Shown here: positions 1 through 9,682 of the stretch, in pieces | Numbering within the stretch: the stretch's first letter is position 1 | Layout of the letters: each line of letters opens with the position of its first letter | DNA from: Prevotella sp. | GTDB lineage: Bacteria; Bacteroidota; Bacteroidia; Bacteroidales; Bacteroidaceae | Direction of reading: 5' to 3' | Length of the DNA: 64,000 nt | Assembly (NCBI GenBank): GCA_051869355.1 | Contig: JBJEAU010000037.1 | Location: 247 to 64,246 of the forward strand | The notes under the pieces: generated by a model | Database searches by the model: none | What the model was told of the DNA's origin: nothing | Seen by the model: only the letters and a program-made list of their open reading frames with translations | Program-made: the position numbers and the translations under genes

Positions 1-83
1 ATGAGGGATTCAAACCCCCGATACCCGGAAAAGGGTATACCGGATTTCGAGTCCAGCGCATTCGGTCACTCTGCCAATCTTCC
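1..83 (-). tRNA. tRNA-Ser(CGA), 3' end cut off by the window edge
   Basis: Reverse complement reads GGAAGATTGGCAGAGTGACCGAATGCG-CTGGA-CT-CGA-AA-TCCGG, then a long variable arm and GGGGGTTTGAATCCCTC. A TAATTTTG (-7) promoter motif lies just upstream on the minus strand. Confidence 0.92.
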
Positions 84-131
84 TTAAAGCGATGCAAAAT
101 TACGATTATTTCCGATAATAACAAAGAAAAA

Positions 132-3011
132 TCAAACTTTTTTTGAATCCAATCGGCATAATTGTCGATATACACAACTTTCGCATCGTTTGCCGTCGGG
201 GGTGGGAGAGAACGGAAGCGCCGGGTTGAAGATATTTTGCAGCACCTGTTCCAATCCTTCCTTGAACGGCAACTCGTAATCTGTGGCCCTGAGCATCTTC
301 TCATTGTCGAGCATCAGCGTCGGGTCATAGTCTTTGGCCGATGTATGTTGGATGAAGATGAGGGCCGGACTGACAGGTAGCTGTCGGGGATTATGCTTCC
401 GGTCATGACTGACGATGAGTGCATATAGCAGCGTCTGCAGATAGTAATTGGTATGTTTCTGCTGATAGGCTTCGCCTGAGAATATCTCGTCGATGGCATA
501 GGTCTTCCTTGTCGGCAGCTTGCCGGTCTTGTAGTCTATCACCCTGATGCGGCGCCCGTCGGTCTCGGTCTCGATTTCATCCAGTCTGTCTATGATGCCG
601 TGGATGCCTATTTCGCGTGTCCCTCGGGACGTGGAGAAGATGAGCGTGTCGGCAACCTCCAGTTCCAGTCCCTTGATGGTAAAAGGAGCCAGTTGGCTGT
701 CTATCTTGAGCAGCTGGTGCAGATAGCTTATCACCACGCCCCGGTTGATAAGCTGCAGTCCGTTGTATTCGGGACGGAAGGATGGGTCGCTGCTATTGAA
801 CAGTTCTTCACGGAACACCCTGTCCACGATGATTTCTATCTGCTCTGGATGGGTCAACAACTCCTTGATGGCACTCTCGGTGATGGTATTGCCATTGGCT
901 GTCAGCCGTGTATAGACCAGTTCGGCGCTGCGGTGGAAGATGTTGCCAAAGACACGGCTGTCTATCTTGTCCTCATCTTCCTCGTCAGGTTCTTTGATGC
1001 CTTCCACCACATTGTAGTAGAAGCTGAGCGGGCAGAATAGGTATCGGTTGATGGCAGTGGGCGACAACTTAGGAATCTGGTCGAGTCGCTCCATGATGCC
1101 GACAGTCTTCTCCACCTCCCCGGGTTGGCTTGCGCGTGCTGTCTGTCCCGTCTGTATGGCCAGCTGATGTATCTTGTGGCTGCTCTCTACCAGCATCTGT
1201 AGCATGAATCTGCTCATCTCGCCCGTGTGTCCGTCTTCCGTGGCGTTGTTGTAGAGCAGCGTGATGTCTGTGGCGCGCTGCAACAGGCGGTGGAAGTAGT
1301 AGGCGTAGATGGCCACTTTGTTGTCGATGGTGGTGAGTCCGTGCGCCTTTCGGATGGAGTGGGGGATAAACGAGGCGTCGTTTACCCCTTTGGGCATGTT
1401 GCCCTCGTTGCATGAGAGCACCAGCACGTGGTCGAAGTCCAGGTTGCGTGTCTCCAGTACGCCCATGATTTGTAGTCCCACGGCAGGTTCGCCATGAAAG
1501 GGTATCTGGGTGCTGGCTATCAGTTGGCCGATGAGCCGTTCCAGTGTGACGAGGTCTACTCCCAGATCGCCGTCGGCGATCAGCGTCGCCAAGCGGTTGA
1601 CCAAGGTGTACATGCGGAAGACCGATTCTTGGAAAAACGGGTCTTCTTCGTCTTTGCCTCCAGCACCGATACGCTTGAGTATGTCGAGCATCCATTGGGT
1701 AAGGCGTAGGTTGAAAGGCGTTTCCCCCTCTTCTAAATCTGCGAAGAGCATGCCAAGTCCTTCGTCGACGGCCAACTGTTTGCGGGTGGGATAAAACCGC
1801 TTGTGCCGTTCGAGGTCTTCAAGCAGGTCGGCATATCTTTCAGACAGGTAGGGGATGTAAGGATGGGTGAGTAGTGATTTGACAAACGAGAGCCGATACT
1901 TGTCAGTACCCGTCATGTGGCCTTGCGTCTGCACCTTGATCATCATGTCTACGAGCGAGGCGGCCGGCGATTGTGCCAAAGGAAAACCTGTGGTCACATT
2001 CACCTTGTCCACCTCGGGTGGAAGGCTGTGAACCACGGCTTGCAGCAGCGATTCGTCGCAAAGTACGATAGCCGTCTTGCGTCCATCGTCAATCCGGTGG
2101 TTCGTGCGGAGCCACTCGGTCACGTAGCGGGCCTGTGCATTCTCGGTAGTAGCGGCTATATAGGTTATTTGCTTGTCTTTGCCAAACTGGTTGTATAGTT
2201 CCCCATCGGTGTCAGTGAGCTCATTGGGAAACTGCTGGATGTATTGGTGTATGTAGTGGCCGGCCTCGTTTCCCCGCAGATAGTAGCGGTCATAGTCCCA
2301 GTAAAACAAGGCTTTGCCCATGCTTTGCAGGCGCCTGAAGAGTTGTTGCTCTGCGCGCTGCAACACATTGAATCCCACAAATATGTACTTGTCATACTCA
2401 AACGACAGCTGCTCATTGGTGGCCACCTCACGATAGATGCGGCCCTCGTAGGCGAGTCCTTGCTGGGCCAGCAGGGCGTTGAACCGGTCGTATATCTCTC
2501 CGAATCGCGCCCACAAATTCATGAATCGCTTTTTCAGTTCTGTATCATGATTGTCGGTGAAGTTGCTGAAGAATCGCTTCAGTATCTCTTTCTGCTCATC
2601 GCTCAGATAATCAGTATTGTCCAGCTCGTGCAGGTCTTTCAGATTGGCGAATACCTTGTGCGGGTCGGCCATATTCTTGTCTATATCGTCAAAATCGGCC
2701 AACAGCAGTTGCCCCCAGCCGTAGAAGTGGTCCAGCGTCTCGTCTGTCCCTGTCACCTCCACAAACGATCGGTACAGGTCGCACACCAGTTTGATAGGGT
2801 CGGCTACCTCCAGGGTGGCATGGTGTCTGAACAGGTCGCTGATGGTGGTGTATCGGGGGCTCCAGACAGGCCGGTCGGCCATACGGGCCAGGTATTCGTT
2901 CATGAAGAGTGCTGCACGCTTGTTGGGAAAGACGACAACGATACGCGAAAGATTGTGTCCGAACTTTCCGGCCAAGTCTTTGGCTACATATTCCAAAAAA
3001 GACTGTCTCAT
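132..3011 (-). CDS. addB: AddB/RexB-like PD-(D/E)XK nuclease subunit
   Basis: Degenerate helicase N-terminus (VVFPNKRA), LSPTAINRYLFCP, GIIDRLD...IDYKTG nuclease motif and a C-terminal CxxCxxxxxC Fe-S cysteine cluster. Overlaps the addA-like gene by 4 bp. Confidence 0.82.
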   Translation of the reverse strand: MRQSFLEYVAKDLAGKFGHNLSRIVVVFPNKRAALFMNEYLARMADRPVWSPRYTTISDLFRHHATLEVADPIKLVCDLYRSFVEVTGTDETLDHFYGWGQLLLADFDDIDKNMADPHKVFANLKDLHELDNTDYLSDEQKEILKRFFSNFTDNHDTELKKRFMNLWARFGEIYDRFNALLAQQGLAYEGRIYREVATNEQLSFEYDKYIFVGFNVLQRAEQQLFRRLQSMGKALFYWDYDRYYLRGNEAGHYIHQYIQQFPNELTDTDGELYNQFGKDKQITYIAATTENAQARYVTEWLRTNHRIDDGRKTAIVLCDESLLQAVVHSLPPEVDKVNVTTGFPLAQSPAASLVDMMIKVQTQGHMTGTDKYRLSFVKSLLTHPYIPYLSERYADLLEDLERHKRFYPTRKQLAVDEGLGMLFADLEEGETPFNLRLTQWMLDILKRIGAGGKDEEDPFFQESVFRMYTLVNRLATLIADGDLGVDLVTLERLIGQLIASTQIPFHGEPAVGLQIMGVLETRNLDFDHVLVLSCNEGNMPKGVNDASFIPHSIRKAHGLTTIDNKVAIYAYYFHRLLQRATDITLLYNNATEDGHTGEMSRFMLQMLVESSHKIHQLAIQTGQTARASQPGEVEKTVGIMERLDQIPKLSPTAINRYLFCPLSFYYNVVEGIKEPDEEDEDKIDSRVFGNIFHRSAELVYTRLTANGNTITESAIKELLTHPEQIEIIVDRVFREELFNSSDPSFRPEYNGLQLINRGVVISYLHQLLKIDSQLAPFTIKGLELEVADTLIFSTSRGTREIGIHGIIDRLDEIETETDGRRIRVIDYKTGKLPTRKTYAIDEIFSGEAYQQKHTNYYLQTLLYALIVSHDRKHNPRQLPVSPALIFIQHTSAKDYDPTLMLDNEKMLRATDYELPFKEGLEQVLQNIFNPALPFSPTPDGKRCESCVYRQLCRLDSKKV

Positions 3012-6000
3012 ATCACTTCTTCTATTTGGTTACTGTACACGTACCAGAGATATCCCTTGACGTGTGGATGGCCCATATCCTTGATAAGCTGCATGTATGC
3101 CAGCACCTGCTGCCTGTATGCTGCGCTCGGGCGGCCGAACTTGAAGTCCACGACCACATACCGCTCTCCGTCTGTCATTACCCTGTCAGGCCGGTGCTCC
3201 ACCACTTTGCCCGTGAGCGGGTCTACATGCAGGATGGTGCACTCGTTGAAGAGCGTCCAGCCTTCAGAGAACCAAGCACGTACTTTAGGATGTTCCAATC
3301 GTTTTCGCAACATGGCACACAGGTCTTCCTTGCGTAGGTCATCGTCGTAGAGCACACCATCAAACTCCAGTTGGCGAAGCGCCTGGTCCACATCGTCCAC
3401 TGTCTTGATAGTCGAGAACACACGGTGCAGGATGCTTCCCGTCTTTACATATCTTTTTTGCGTTTCCTCGTTTTCGTCGCCCTCTACAAAATCCTTGCTC
3501 TTGTTGCTCTGCTTGAAGTTGATTTTGTTGTCGAAGCTCTCTATGGTCTCCATCCTGTAGGCCGTCACAGGACGCAGGAACACGTTGTCGCTGCTGTGGG
3601 CTTGGTCTGTATGGTGGGTGGCCAGTTTTCCGTACTCCATGACGATGGTGTCCTTGCGGTCGGCCACATCTCCCGAGTAGGTCACATCGAGCGCCTCACT
3701 GAGTGGGCCGATGACAGACTCTATCAGTTGTGACCGCAGGTTGGCCTCACCACGTCTGCCGAAAACAAACAGACTCTTGGCGGCGCGGGTGAAGGCCACA
3801 TAGAGCAGGTTCATGTTGTCCACACGGTTCTGCAGATGTTCATACAGGTAGTCTTTCTCGTAGATGGTACCCATCATGCGCCGCTCGCTGAAGTCTACAG
3901 GCACCAGAGGCAATTCGTTGAAAGGAGCTTCGGTAGGCGTACACCATATCGTGCTGCCGGCTATCTCCAACCGCCAGTCGCACGATGGGATGATGACATG
4001 GTCAAACTCCAGTCCCTTGCTCTTGTGGATGGTGATGAGCCTGATGCCGTCCACCTCACTGCTCTGTATGGTCTTCTCATGTAGGGTGGTGTCCCACTCT
4101 TCGAGAAAACCGTCTATGCTGGGCGTGTGGTCAGTAAGATATTTCCCGAGCTGGTCAAAGAATGCCAGTACATACGCATTCTGCTCATGGTGCCCGTTCA
4201 GGTGAAAACGGCTGTACAGATGTTCGGCCAAATCGTAGAGGGGCATGGTGAGTAGCCGGTTGCGTGCCTCCATCAGTCCGCTGTCTATATGCAGGGTCTC
4301 GAGCAAGGCCTTGTCAAGCAGGCTGTCGGGATGTGCCAGATAGCGCAATCCGCTCACCAGCGTGTTAACGGCTTGCGAAGCATCGAGTCTGAAAGCCTCG
4401 TCGGACACCAGATTGATGTCGGGGCGATGCGTCATGAAGTGACTGGCTATTTCTTGGATGGTGGTGTTGGAGCGTACCAGTATAGCGATTTGGCGGGCTG
4501 TCACTCCCTCTTCCATGAGCATGTCGATGGTTTCGGTGATACGTTGCATCATCTGCGCCTGATAGTCTTCTGCGGGCATCAGTTCGATGTGTACCAGTCC
4601 GCAGTCTTCCTGTTTCTTCGGTTCTTGGCGTACATCCTCGTAAGCGCGCAGCAGCGCTTGCGCCTGCTCTGCGTCTTGTGTGGCAAGCGATTGGTATTCA
4701 TGTGCCGCCGCCAGATGGAAAAACTCGTTGTTGAAGGTCACGATGTTTTTCTCAGACCGGTAGTTGGTGCAGAGCGAACGGATGTCCAATTGCGTCTCCG
4801 GTCGCGGAAACTCATTTTCTATGCCGTTGAGCAGTCGCCAGTCGCCGGAACGCCATCGGTAGATGCTCTGCTTGACGTCGCCCACGATCAGGTTGCCGCC
4901 ATCCTCATGGCTCATACACTCTTGCAGCAGCACCTTGAAGTTTTTCCATTGTACGGTGCTGGTGTCCTGAAACTCGTCTATCATGACATGACGGAGCTGT
5001 GTGCCTATCTTCTCGAAGATAAAGGGCGAGTCGCTGTCTTGTATCAGGGCGTGCAGCAGCGTCTGTGTGTCACTCAGCAAGAATCGGTTGGCCTCGGCAT
5101 TCAGGCTTCTCACTTTTTCCTCGATGCTGCCGAGCAGGCGCAACTGGTTCATGTGCCGCAATGTGAGGTCGGCCGACTTGTACAGCCGCATCTGCTGCAA
5201 GCGCTGTCGCTCGGTCTCGTTGAGGTGTTGGAGCAGTATGTCGTTTACCAGATCATAGATTGGATTTCCGGGCACCTGCTCTTTTTTCTTCACCCATTTC
5301 CCGGGGTCTTCCATGGCAGCCTTGACCGTGGCGGTGAGCACGTCCTTGTCGTCGTATTTGCCGTTGCGCAGTTTTAGGAAATAGCCACAGACCCCTCGCG
5401 TGCCGTTGGAGAAGTCGGCAATGTCCAGACTGTTTTCCTCCAAGGTGTCGAAAAAGAATTCGATGTAATGGTTGAGCACGTTGAGCGATTCTTGCTTGAT
5501 GGTATTCATCTCTCGGGTGAAGTGGTCGAAGAAGTCCTGCTCGTGCAGTACGGCCGTGAGCGCCCGGTTGTGCTGCTTGTAGAAGTCTTTGAAGATGTTC
5601 TCCCCAAACCTTTTGATCAGTCCTATCACGTTCCAACCCTTGTCTTCCGAGATGTTTTCGCGCACATACTGCATGATCCAGATAAAGATGCGGTCCTGCA
5701 TGCGCAGGCTGTCTATCAGTTCGTCGACAGCCTGTTGCTCCACTTGGTAGTCGTTGAGCCCGATACGCAGGTTGGCGGTCAGGTCCAGTTCGCGTGCCAG
5801 GTTTCTCAGCACACTTTGGAAGAAGGTGTCTATCGTCTCTACCCTGAAGTAGTTGTAGTTGTGTAGCAGCAGGTTGAGTGCCGTGCCAGCCTGGGCAGCT
5901 GCTTGCTCCGCAGAGATGCCCAGATCCTTTGTGATACGTGCCATGTAGCCAGCCGAATCGGGCAGTTGTTTCCACAGGCCGTAGAGTTGGCTCAAGATAC

Positions 6001-6169
6001 GCATCTTCATCTCCTCCGTGGCCTTGTTGGTAAAGGTCACGGCGAGCGTGTTGCGATAGCAGCTGGGGTCTGCTATGACCAGCTTCATATATTCCACGGC
6101 CAGCGTGAACGTCTTTCCCGACCCGGCGCTTGCCTTGTAGACTGTCAGCGGTTTCTTTTGGTTTACCAT
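3008..6169 (-). CDS. addA: AddA/RexA-like UvrD-family helicase-nuclease
   Basis: ASAGSGKT Walker A, IDEFQDTS Walker B, VGDVKQSIYRWR, TIHKSKGLEF, LYVAFTRA and a C-terminal RPDRV...VVDFKFG nuclease motif. Confidence 0.88.
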   Translation of the reverse strand: MVNQKKPLTVYKASAGSGKTFTLAVEYMKLVIADPSCYRNTLAVTFTNKATEEMKMRILSQLYGLWKQLPDSAGYMARITKDLGISAEQAAAQAGTALNLLLHNYNYFRVETIDTFFQSVLRNLARELDLTANLRIGLNDYQVEQQAVDELIDSLRMQDRIFIWIMQYVRENISEDKGWNVIGLIKRFGENIFKDFYKQHNRALTAVLHEQDFFDHFTREMNTIKQESLNVLNHYIEFFFDTLEENSLDIADFSNGTRGVCGYFLKLRNGKYDDKDVLTATVKAAMEDPGKWVKKKEQVPGNPIYDLVNDILLQHLNETERQRLQQMRLYKSADLTLRHMNQLRLLGSIEEKVRSLNAEANRFLLSDTQTLLHALIQDSDSPFIFEKIGTQLRHVMIDEFQDTSTVQWKNFKVLLQECMSHEDGGNLIVGDVKQSIYRWRSGDWRLLNGIENEFPRPETQLDIRSLCTNYRSEKNIVTFNNEFFHLAAAHEYQSLATQDAEQAQALLRAYEDVRQEPKKQEDCGLVHIELMPAEDYQAQMMQRITETIDMLMEEGVTARQIAILVRSNTTIQEIASHFMTHRPDINLVSDEAFRLDASQAVNTLVSGLRYLAHPDSLLDKALLETLHIDSGLMEARNRLLTMPLYDLAEHLYSRFHLNGHHEQNAYVLAFFDQLGKYLTDHTPSIDGFLEEWDTTLHEKTIQSSEVDGIRLITIHKSKGLEFDHVIIPSCDWRLEIAGSTIWCTPTEAPFNELPLVPVDFSERRMMGTIYEKDYLYEHLQNRVDNMNLLYVAFTRAAKSLFVFGRRGEANLRSQLIESVIGPLSEALDVTYSGDVADRKDTIVMEYGKLATHHTDQAHSSDNVFLRPVTAYRMETIESFDNKINFKQSNKSKDFVEGDENEETQKRYVKTGSILHRVFSTIKTVDDVDQALRQLEFDGVLYDDDLRKEDLCAMLRKRLEHPKVRAWFSEGWTLFNECTILHVDPLTGKVVEHRPDRVMTDGERYVVVDFKFGRPSAAYRQQVLAYMQLIKDMGHPHVKGYLWYVYSNQIEEVI

Positions 6170-8196
6170 TGTCTGAATAGTTCTAATCCCACCTTAACCC
6201 CGAATCCGTCGTATTTCCCGTTTCGGTTGGCCATAAACAGGCCCATTGATGCCCAACGGGTCGTAAACCCGTATCCCACTTCTATATAGGGATGCAGGTG
6301 TGTCACGACGAGCGCGCTGGCATACAGGCGCTCTTTCTCAAAGAAGCGTCCCACCCACGGAATCCAGCCTGCGATGAGCAGGGGAGACTCGTACGTGACA
6401 TTGGAGCGCACGTAGTAGCGCGAGAGGTTGTACCAATCGCCACTGAGCAGGCTGAATTCGCCCGTCCACTCGTCGTTCCATCCGTCGGGAATGTTATTGT
6501 CTCGGAAATTGGTGTAGTCCAAAAAACTCTTTGAGCCGTCGATGAGCGTATAGAACCCGCATCCAACCCGGGACGACAGCGACCGTAAGCGGTCGAGCGG
6601 CTTGATGTGCTGGATGTCAAACTCCCATCGCTCGTAGGCGATATCGGCATTGCACAGTCCCCTGATGCTGCGTTCGTAGGCAGCATTCACCACGGGACCA
6701 CGCCATCCTGTCGGACGCCAGATAATCTCAAACTTAGGTGCCACCGAAGTATAGGAAGTAGGAACGCCTGCCATCCGATAGGCGTGCCGCTCCACGGCCT
6801 CGCGTCGGTGTACCACCATGCCCGTCTGTAGGCTGAGCCGCGATGACAGGTCGTAGTTGGCATTGAGAGAGAGGTTGAGGTCACGGAAATAGTCAATTCT
6901 GTCACCGTTATACGTCACAGTATCGGGCAGTGTCTCCAGCATTTGGTCTTTTACGTGTCCGTTTCTGATCCAGTTGCCGTTGCTCAACACCATTTCCACA
7001 TAGCCGTGGCGCTTCTTGTTGAAATGGTAGGCGATGGGCAGGGTATAGTACATGTGCTTCTGCTTGAAAGAGTAGCCCGCCTTGAGGCGCGTGTAGAGGT
7101 AACTGCTGTCGGAGAAGTTGTAGAAGTTGCGGATGTCGAACTTGTAATAATATCCTTTGCGCCCGCTATACCCCATGTAGAGCGGATTGAAGAGTGGGTT
7201 GATGCGTACATAGCCTTGCTTGTCGGTGCCGTAATTGGAGGTAATCTTATTGAGCAGGTTGTCGCCCAGGATGTCCCAGAACACCTTCTTCGCCCAACTC
7301 CGCTTCTTGACGGTTCTCGGCCTGTTCATGGCCTCTTCGCCATACACCTCTTCATACACGGCACGCTCTGCTGCGGTAAGCGTGTCTCTGCGAACGGCAG
7401 CCATCAGCGCGGGGTCTTCCTTGTCACGCAGCGTATCGGGCAGTTCGCAAGGCAGGCCGTAAGCAGCAGTGTGGTGGGTGACTATCTTGTTGCCGATAAA
7501 GTTGAATTCAGACTGCAGTTCGCACTTGGTAGGCAACATGGCTTGCACCCCCTCCGTGCCCATCGTGAAAAACAGGTGGTATTTTACCATGTCGTATTCG
7601 CCGGTGAGCTGCCCATTGAGTATCTGCCCGTTACTGGAGTCGACGACGGCATTGCCCTCCACCAGTTGGGTGTGGTTGATTTTGGGTCGGAAGTGTATGC
7701 TTACCTTACCTTTATATAAATACTTAAAGGTGTATTTGTAGTAAATCTTGTTGGCACGGTGAAAGGGGGAGAGCACATACGTGCCGAATATGGTCTCGTT
7801 GTACAGGTTGGGGGTGAGATAGCGCATCAGTGTGGTCATGGCCTGCTTGCGCCGCGGGATGGTAGACAGAAACACCACACGGTCTACACCGGTTTGGTTC
7901 AGTCTTTTGTGCGTGATGCGCTCGTAAGCCTCTTCTATGTATTCGCGCCGGGGGCCATGCGCGATACGGTACATGGTGGGCACGGGCAGCAGCAGCGCGT
8001 TGCGCCGCTCCACGTTCAGATAGAATTTCCTGTAAGCGTAAGTCACGGAGTCTGTGGTTGCCGTGGTGTCTACCGAAGCCTTGAATCTGAACACACGTTC
8101 GAGCAACAGCACGTCGGGTCTGACTGCCTGTTGGGCACTCATGTCTACGAGTTGCAGCATGAGTGCTATCCATACGATGAATCTCCGTTTGCTCAT
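6163..8196 (-). CDS. Exported outer-membrane beta-barrel-like protein (DUF5686-like)
   Basis: Signal peptide from MSKRRF (8196); aromatic-rich alternating beta-strands ending ...GVKVGLELFRQW. The family assignment is from recall only. Confidence 0.6.
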   Translation of the reverse strand: MSKRRFIVWIALMLQLVDMSAQQAVRPDVLLLERVFRFKASVDTTATTDSVTYAYRKFYLNVERRNALLLPVPTMYRIAHGPRREYIEEAYERITHKRLNQTGVDRVVFLSTIPRRKQAMTTLMRYLTPNLYNETIFGTYVLSPFHRANKIYYKYTFKYLYKGKVSIHFRPKINHTQLVEGNAVVDSSNGQILNGQLTGEYDMVKYHLFFTMGTEGVQAMLPTKCELQSEFNFIGNKIVTHHTAAYGLPCELPDTLRDKEDPALMAAVRRDTLTAAERAVYEEVYGEEAMNRPRTVKKRSWAKKVFWDILGDNLLNKITSNYGTDKQGYVRINPLFNPLYMGYSGRKGYYYKFDIRNFYNFSDSSYLYTRLKAGYSFKQKHMYYTLPIAYHFNKKRHGYVEMVLSNGNWIRNGHVKDQMLETLPDTVTYNGDRIDYFRDLNLSLNANYDLSSRLSLQTGMVVHRREAVERHAYRMAGVPTSYTSVAPKFEIIWRPTGWRGPVVNAAYERSIRGLCNADIAYERWEFDIQHIKPLDRLRSLSSRVGCGFYTLIDGSKSFLDYTNFRDNNIPDGWNDEWTGEFSLLSGDWYNLSRYYVRSNVTYESPLLIAGWIPWVGRFFEKERLYASALVVTHLHPYIEVGYGFTTRWASMGLFMANRNGKYDGFGVKVGLELFRQW

Positions 8197-8210
8197 TGCC
8201 GACAAAGGTA

Positions 8211-8254
8211 ATAAAAAAATCCCCATCGCCGTTGTCGGGACAGGGATTTTTTAT
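8211..8254 (-). terminator. Probable intrinsic terminator after the sigma factor gene
   Basis: ATAAAAAAATCCC...GGGATTTTTTAT inverted repeat with A/T tails. Confidence 0.6.
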
Positions 8255-8274
8255 GCTTTGCCGGTCTTTATCGA

Positions 8275-9147
8275 TTAGCCAAGGTATTTCATCAATATCT
8301 TGGCGTTACCGCTATCTCTCAGTTTGGCGATACTCTTTTCACGAATCTGGCGGACACGCTCGCGGGTCAATCCCAGTTCGTCGCCAATCTCTTCCAGGCC
8401 TTTCTCGTGGCAATCGATACCGAAGCACTCGCGGATGATGATGATCTCGCGATCCTTGAGCACCTTCTTGAGCACCTGGTTGAGCTCCTGCGCCATACTC
8501 TCGTGGTCTACCTTCTTGTCGGTACGGCTGTCGTCGCCGGAAGGCATCACGTCGAGCATACAGTTGTCTTCGCCGTCCTGGAATGGGGCATCTATGCTGA
8601 CATGATGGCCGTCTGCCATCAGACTTTGGCCTATCTTCTCCTCGTCAATGTTTGTTGCATCAGCCAACTCAGACACCGACGGATGGCGCTGGTTTTCCTG
8701 CTCAAACTTGTTGATTTCGTGGTTGATCTTGTTGAGTGAGCCCACCTGGTTAAGGGGCAGGCGTACGATGCGACTCTGCTCGGCGATGGCCTGCAGGATG
8801 CTCTGACGAATCCACCACACGGCGTAAGAGATAAATTTGAAGCCGCGTGTCTCGTCAAACTTCTGTGCTGCTTTGATCAGACCGATATTACCTTCGTCAA
8901 TCAAGTCGGTAAGGGTAAGTCCCTGATGTTGGTATTGCTTGGCTACAGACACCACAAATCGAAGGTTGGCAGTAACCAGCTTGTCCTTGGCGCGCTCTCC
9001 CTCGGGGCCTCCCTTACGGATTTTCTGTGCCAATTCTATCTCTTCGTCTATAGTAATCAAGGGTGCTCGTCCAATCTCTACCAAGTATTTATCCAAAGCC
9101 TCACTGGAACGATTGGTAATGCTCTTCTGAATTTTTAATTGCCTCAT
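8275..9147 (-). CDS. rpoD: RNA polymerase sigma-70 factor, Bacteroidetes RpoD/SigA family (lacks region 1.1)
   Basis: MRQLKI..SITNR start, ANLRFVVSVAKQY, DEGNIGLIKAAQKFDETRGFKFISYAVWWIRQ and LTRERVRQIREK. Confidence 0.93.
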   Translation of the reverse strand: MRQLKIQKSITNRSSEALDKYLVEIGRAPLITIDEEIELAQKIRKGGPEGERAKDKLVTANLRFVVSVAKQYQHQGLTLTDLIDEGNIGLIKAAQKFDETRGFKFISYAVWWIRQSILQAIAEQSRIVRLPLNQVGSLNKINHEINKFEQENQRHPSVSELADATNIDEEKIGQSLMADGHHVSIDAPFQDGEDNCMLDVMPSGDDSRTDKKVDHESMAQELNQVLKKVLKDREIIIIRECFGIDCHEKGLEEIGDELGLTRERVRQIREKSIAKLRDSGNAKILMKYLG

Positions 9148-9218
9148 CTCGTATGGTTTTAACCGTCTAAAAGATTGAAAATCAAACGTTTAAACAAGAT
9201 TTTAATCCTAAAACGCTG

Positions 9219-9226
9219 CAAAATTA
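9219..9226 (-). promoter_or_regulatory. Bacteroidetes -7 promoter element for the sigma gene
   Basis: TAATTTTG(CA) on the minus strand about 70 nt upstream of the ATG; matches TAnnTTTG. Confidence 0.55.
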
Positions 9227-9413
9227 CTAAAAATATCAATAGGATGGTAGCTTTTAACGATATTTTTCATTATAAAAAACGTTAAACTCCGAATCGACGA
9301 TTTTTCTGTGGATGTCGTTGCGGCAAAAATGGTCAACTTTCAATTTCGTAGCAGATGCTTGGCGAGATGTCGGTGAAATCGAAAAAAATGGCCGATGGGG
9401 CATTTTCCAAACC

Positions 9414-9472
9414 TAAATGCCGCGTTTGGGTGGGCTAAATGCCATGTTTAGCTCGCTGAAGGTGGCATTTGG
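9414..9472. repeat. Mini-array 1 of the CTAAA-N7-TTTAG repeat (3 units)
   Basis: TAAATGCCGCGTTTGG / TAAATGCCATGTTTAG / TGAAGGTGGCATTTGG at 21-22 bp period. Confidence 0.8.
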
Positions 9473-9640
9473 CTTCGGCAAACGATAGGGTTATGGATTG
9501 TAACCAGAAGTACGAAAAAGATGTTTGAGATTGTAATGACACACAATAACGTCACAAAAATGGTTGAGAGATAGCGACAAACACGGCAATATTTAAGGTA
9601 AATAAACACGATAAAGGCGTGTGAATTGCAGAAAATTTGC

Positions 9641-9648
9641 TAAATTTG
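9641..9648 (+). promoter_or_regulatory. Bacteroidetes -7 promoter element for the tubulin/actin-like operon
   Basis: TAAATTTG(CA) 35 nt upstream of ATG 9683. Confidence 0.6.
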
Positions 9649-9682
9649 CAACCACTTAGTAAAATTAATCGTCTTTAGGGAT

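Noticed and set aside
2244-5377. Long plus-strand ORFs (368 and 362 aa) opposite addAB
   Set aside because: Antisense shadows of well-supported genes, with no motifs.
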